Shown one piece after another: positions 59,101 through 64,000 of a DNA stretch of 64,000 nt. The translations under genes were made by a program, and so were the position numbers. The notes under the pieces are model-generated. The model was not told the DNA's origin and searched no databases. It saw nothing but the letters and a program-made list of their open reading frames with translations. The stretch spans positions 9,362,001 to 9,426,000 of the forward strand of contig CM106585.1 in the NCBI GenBank assembly GCA_048013815.1, written 5' to 3'. The stretch's first letter is position 1. Every line of letters begins with the position of its first letter. This DNA is from Setoptus koraiensis (Eukaryota > Animalia > Arthropoda).

Positions 59101-62100
59101 ATCTATCTATTGCATTCCCATGATGGGAATCAACATCAATCCGTCGACAGCATTAGATTGTTGTTGTTGTGTGTGCCTAGACTAGTTTAGTGGCCTGGTA
59201 CTTGTGTGTGTGTTTGCTTGGCTCACTTGAGTTGGGGCCGATGGTGATAAAAACAGGCTCTCTTCGGGCGATCGCTTTAACGAAACGGAGTGAATATGGG
59301 CCATACACCGACATGCACTAAGCGATACATGAATGATGTGGAAAGAAAGCAAGACACACACAAAGACTTACACTTATTATACAGCATCGATTCTCAGAGC
59401 TTAATGGGCGCTTGTTACACTTAAATACACAAACGTCAATTGTCGTCGACGACGCTCTATTTATGCATCAAGAGTGTGTTTTCGTATAAAAGAATTAGAC
59501 ATAAATAATGATGGATACCTTCAAACTTCAACACTGCAACTAACCCGCTTGGTTTGTTAGTCTTAATCTATTTATCAATAGCCATGACAAGATAGCAGCG
59601 AAGGCATTCCAAAGCGTCACTGCTACCGAACCGATATGCCTAGTTGCCCAGTTAGGAATAGTTGTTCATGTGTTTGAGTGTGTAGCTCTCTTTATGAAAG
59701 AGAAGTCGCATGCAGTTATCAGAATACGGCTACCCGATACAAGTGGCGATTCGATTGAATCGGTAGCGGTTGATTTGGTGTAAAACGGTATTAGATGAAA
59801 GATGAGAGACGGGTAGAGAGATGCAGACAGTTTAAATGTTTAGTGGTGTTCGAATAGAATTTGATCGATTGGAATTGTAGTGGTATTCATGAAGCCTCTC
59901 TCTTTCTCCCTGATAAACAGTCACAATTGTCAGATTGGTGGTAGACCGCGAACCGCACCAACAGCTTGTGTTACATTGATGCATTAGATCTATTTGTAAT
60001 TCATTGTTGTAGTCGGATGTCGGTTTAGTTTGGATGGAGACTCCAGTCTAACCTCGTTCTTGCCAGTTTCCCTTGGCCCCGAATGCGCATATAAAAGTGG
60101 CGTTGTTGTTGTTGAATAGAAGGGCATAGGAGTTCACACTTTACATTCGCAGATGCCCAGTAGACAATGCCGCATAAAATGGACCTACGCGTATGCCACT
60201 TAAAGCGTAGAATCGTGACAAAGCGGCTAAAATCAGTCAGATAATGGTCTTAAACTTTGTATGCTCATGCAAATTAGGTGTGCAGGGAACGACGAGGTAA
60301 GAATTAGTGGCTCAGTGTTGGAGATGTGTTGCAGCTGAGACGATTGCTCGGCGATTAAGCGTTGCTTGTTGTTGTGGATAGTTTGTGCGTTTTTGGAGCG
60401 CCAATACTATGATGACAGAGAATGACTTTGAAAAGAAAACAAAGCTAGCGGCTTGCTGAGTGAGCAACAATAATATAGAGGATAGACTATTGAGACTTAA
60501 AAACGTTCAACGAAACAGTGGCGCACTTTCGTGGTCAAATAACGATAGACGGATGGGTGCCCAAGACAAAGATGAGAGACCATGAGTTGGTATTGCTCTG
60601 TTTTACTGGCCACATATGCGTGACATTGGCGAGGTGGCGTGAGATTAATAGAGAAAGTTCAACGGGTCCTCCAGTGGCCCCATATAGTTGTGGTCACAGT
60701 TGACCAGCGATGCATAATCATGTGCACATAAGGAACCTCTGAATTGCGTCGGGCAAACAGGCGCACGTACTCGTCGGACAATGAGCGAGTGGTTTGAGGG
60801 GCCACACCAAGGCCAGGCCGTTTGGTCGGACTTTCATCAACGAGCTGCCGAGTGATTGTGTGTTTACTTCGCTTTGTGATCGTTATTATTACACATTATT
60901 TATTCTATTAGCTTGCTGTTGTGTATTGTTATTTTAGTCACTGCAATTTGTGTCAGTGTTAGCGTGCCAACTGTTATAACTGTACTAACACCGCACACTA
61001 ACCAGTAACTAGGAAAACAGAAGCGACATTAACACGTTACATCCATGATGTTATACTCACAACATGAGGTCACATGATGGCATAACAAGCAAGCAGCGCT
61101 TACAATGCATGAGAACGCAATGTTGACCAAATTAATTAGAAGAAATCATGATGACCGACGACGTGATGAATAACCGTTTGTGTGAGCATGACTGGCTGTA
61201 TGTGTGATGTTGCAATTCAATTTAAACTAGACAGCAATAATAATCGTTAATCTCGATGCTTGTGGAGATTGCACGTGCTTGTTTGCGTTAGCATCAATTT
61301 AAATATGCGACCCGACAATTCTGTTGATTGTTGCCTCTAATGATTATAGTGTTTGCAACACAATGACAATCATCATCTCCTATTATCATCGTTTCGCCCC
61401 ATTTTACTAAGTGCGACTGGCTCGCGCGCGTGCGTTGTCCTGTGGCGAGTTGCTCAATAACACGTGCAGACATTGTGCGCTTCAATGTCTGTAGAACGAA
61501 CTCGCTCAGACATCAGCAAGGGGCTTGACTGGACTGTTCAATTTGTCACAATTCGAGCACTGACTGTTGATCTATTAATAGCCCGGCGTGCAACAGCAAC
61601 AATCGAGGGCCCCTGGCGATTGTTTACAATCGGCTGACCGGCGGCTCGAATTACCCCCAGCTAATTGTGTGACTTGTGGTCCGATCCACTAAACAAAGAT
61701 AGCGGCCCCAATTTCACCAATTTTAGCAACAAATTTATATGATATATATATATATAACCTAATCCCAGCTGAACCAACTGGCGGCACAAAACCATCTAGC
61801 TGCACCCCTTAAACACACACACGCACACACATACTCGCAACAGCGGCCAGGTATAGCGGTGCGTTTGGGTGCCAATCAAAGCCGGGCTAGCTGGTGTGTC
61901 TGTCTGTCTAGTTAACCTGTCACATCGCTCACACAAATCGCAAATGGGACTTGGGGCGCAACAAGGGAAACAGAGCAAGCAGAGGAATTACAGCACAGCA
62001 ATTGTTGTTGTTGTTGCTGCTGCTGTTGTTGTTGTGTGTTCAAACTACCAGCCAGCCAAATCAAAATCTCGTTCATGTTACAAATTGAATCAAGCGAGTC

Positions 62101-63550
62101 AAGTGGATCAGGTATTTGTGGCAGAGCCAATAAGTGGAGTGTGTGAGTGGATTTGGGGCAATCTGGCCGCTTTGCGAGGATAAATGCGTTAACGTTTAAT
62201 GTGCAACATTCAAGAGAGATTGAATGTTGTTTTTAATGGACAGGCGGCGGCTCGGGGCGAGCGGGCCCCTGTATCGAGTTGCTGCGCTTGTGCCCGCGCC
62301 ATTTCTATTCATTCTATTAATTTTTCCATTGCCAATATTTCAGTGGCTGCCGACTGTCGACTGGCACCGGCGCCCAGAAGACACCTGACACTACATTTAT
62401 TGTTGATACATTTTGCTTACATATGCAATTATTATTGAAATCTATCGACAGCAGCAGCTGCAGCAGCGCCACTTTGGTTTGGTGCCAGTGGGCGCTTTTT
62501 GGCTTGCCTGGCACCCAAATGGCACCGTTAGCCAGCCAGCCAGCACATAGCTGCTATTGGACATTACTATTGGGAGGACCCCGACGAGGCCAAGTTTAAT
62601 AAGACTGGCGTTGCAAAACTAGCAACAAGCGCACACTGTAGGTGTGAGAATGTTTTTTCATCTGTTCGATTGTTGTTTGTGGTTCAGACAGCAACATAAC
62701 ATGTTGTCGGCTAGCGATCAAGAATATGAGTTTGTCGCTGTTGGCGCTTGGTTCACTTTAGCTGAGCTTGTTGTCGGCGCTGCTGCCTCCATTTGGCATG
62801 TGTCACTTAACTCGACCAATGGCCGCTATGTTGGCCACTTACTTTTCTTTTTCTTCGTCTTGAGTAGCCTTAAGTTGTTTTCGACCACTGCAACTGCCAG
62901 CCATTGTTGGGGCCGGCTTAAGTATCGATTGGCGATGGAAATAACAGCGCCAGCTAAATGCGTTTGCGGTGAGCGCTGCAACTCGCATCAAGTCAATAGA
63001 AGGAGGGGCGTCGACAAAGTGGCTCGCTCTGCCAACTCACCAACAAACTCAATGGGCTCACATGGCAACGGCAGCCTGAGTGCTTGTGGGCGCAAAAAGA
63101 ATCTCGAAAATCACTCACTTGAGGCGCAATCGAGTTGGGGCTTCGATCGAGCCTCAACTCGAGCCAGCTCACATCGAGAGAGCGCGCATCGAAAGAACTG
63201 GCCGGCGTGCTGGCAACACGAGTGGGTCACGGAAGATTCTCTCTCTCTCTCTCTCTCTGTGAATATGGGCCAACTGAAACAATTTAATTTGGACAGTTTT
63301 TGAGTGCAAGCCGCGAGTGTGCTGTTAATAAAAAGAGAGCGAGAGCCATGACACAACAGTAAAAGAATTAGCGCTACCTGGCTGCAACAACTCGCTAGCT
63401 GGCTCACTAAGTGGGCAACGGGCCTCTGTTGGGCACTTTGCGCCTCTGGCCATTCTTGCGGCTCGCTCATTTTGTAATCATTTATCATTATTTCGTCGTG
63501 CAATGGTGCGCCATTGGTGTCGGCTCCAACAGCAGCAACTATGGGCAACT

Positions 63551-63610
63551 ATGCCAATGCATGTCAATGTATGCCGATGCATGCCGATGCATGCCGATGT
63601 AGGCCGATGT
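63551..63610. repeat. 10-bp tandem repeat (ATGCCGATGC-like) x6
   Basis: Read directly. Confidence 0.9.
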
Positions 63611-64000
63611 GGGGGCCACCAGTCGGGCTCATTGGCGGCCATGCTAATAGCTGGTGACGTAATGTGTGTGCCGCGATGGAAATATCGCAATCAATTAAGC
63701 AGAACAGCGCGCGCAGTGATTTATACTGCTGACACATTTACACATGCATACTACAAGCAAACTACACGCAAACTAACGTACACTAACTACGCACAACAAA
63801 CGCTACGCGCACGGGCCCCAATAAATGGTCTGCTGCAATATGCTGGCGCTGCTGCTGGCCGTCTTGCCACTAACAAAGTGTTTTACACCCTCTGCGACCT
63901 ATAATTATCTTCCACTTGGCTCGCTCTGGCTAACTAGCGCCGGCTGTCTTCAATTTGCAAGCACTCTAATTGACAATGGATACAAAGGCCCCCCCCCCCC

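Noticed and set aside
62644-63303. 219-aa + strand ORF
   Set aside because: GTG start, no recognisable domain, runs through a (CT)n microsatellite, and has no supporting acceptor/donor pair; a minus-strand GTAAGT near 62837 is also unsupported.

Overview
Eukaryotic genomic DNA, most likely from a chelicerate (probably a mite; inferred from the Dscam architecture and the Gln/Asn-rich coding style). Bases 697-41737 hold one 14-exon + strand Dscam-family gene. All 13 introns are GT-AG and all exon phases close, giving about 2,890 aa. It has the chelicerate non-classical mDscam layout (no FN3-3, FN3-4 or Ig10), appears also to lack Ig5, and carries long low-complexity insertions inside most extracellular domains. 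Two giant introns (14.7 and 10.6 kb) flank its single Ig2-N exon. These introns contain no recognisable transposon or alternative-exon array. They are instead dense in GGGCCC palindromes, short minisatellites (many with a 9-10 bp period) and perfect 14-19 bp hairpins. An AT-rich compact housekeeping cluster follows: HPRT (+, 5 exons including a 14-nt microexon), mRpS7 (-, intronless) and AAGAB/p34 (+, intronless). From 48 to 64 kb the sequence looks mostly intronic or regulatory, with several orphan splice-site-bounded + strand exons, one encoding a signal-peptide-like leader. These may be the 5' end of a large gene that continues beyond the window. No rRNA, tRNA, CRISPR array or transposase was seen. 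All motif counts and domain assignments were made by eye.
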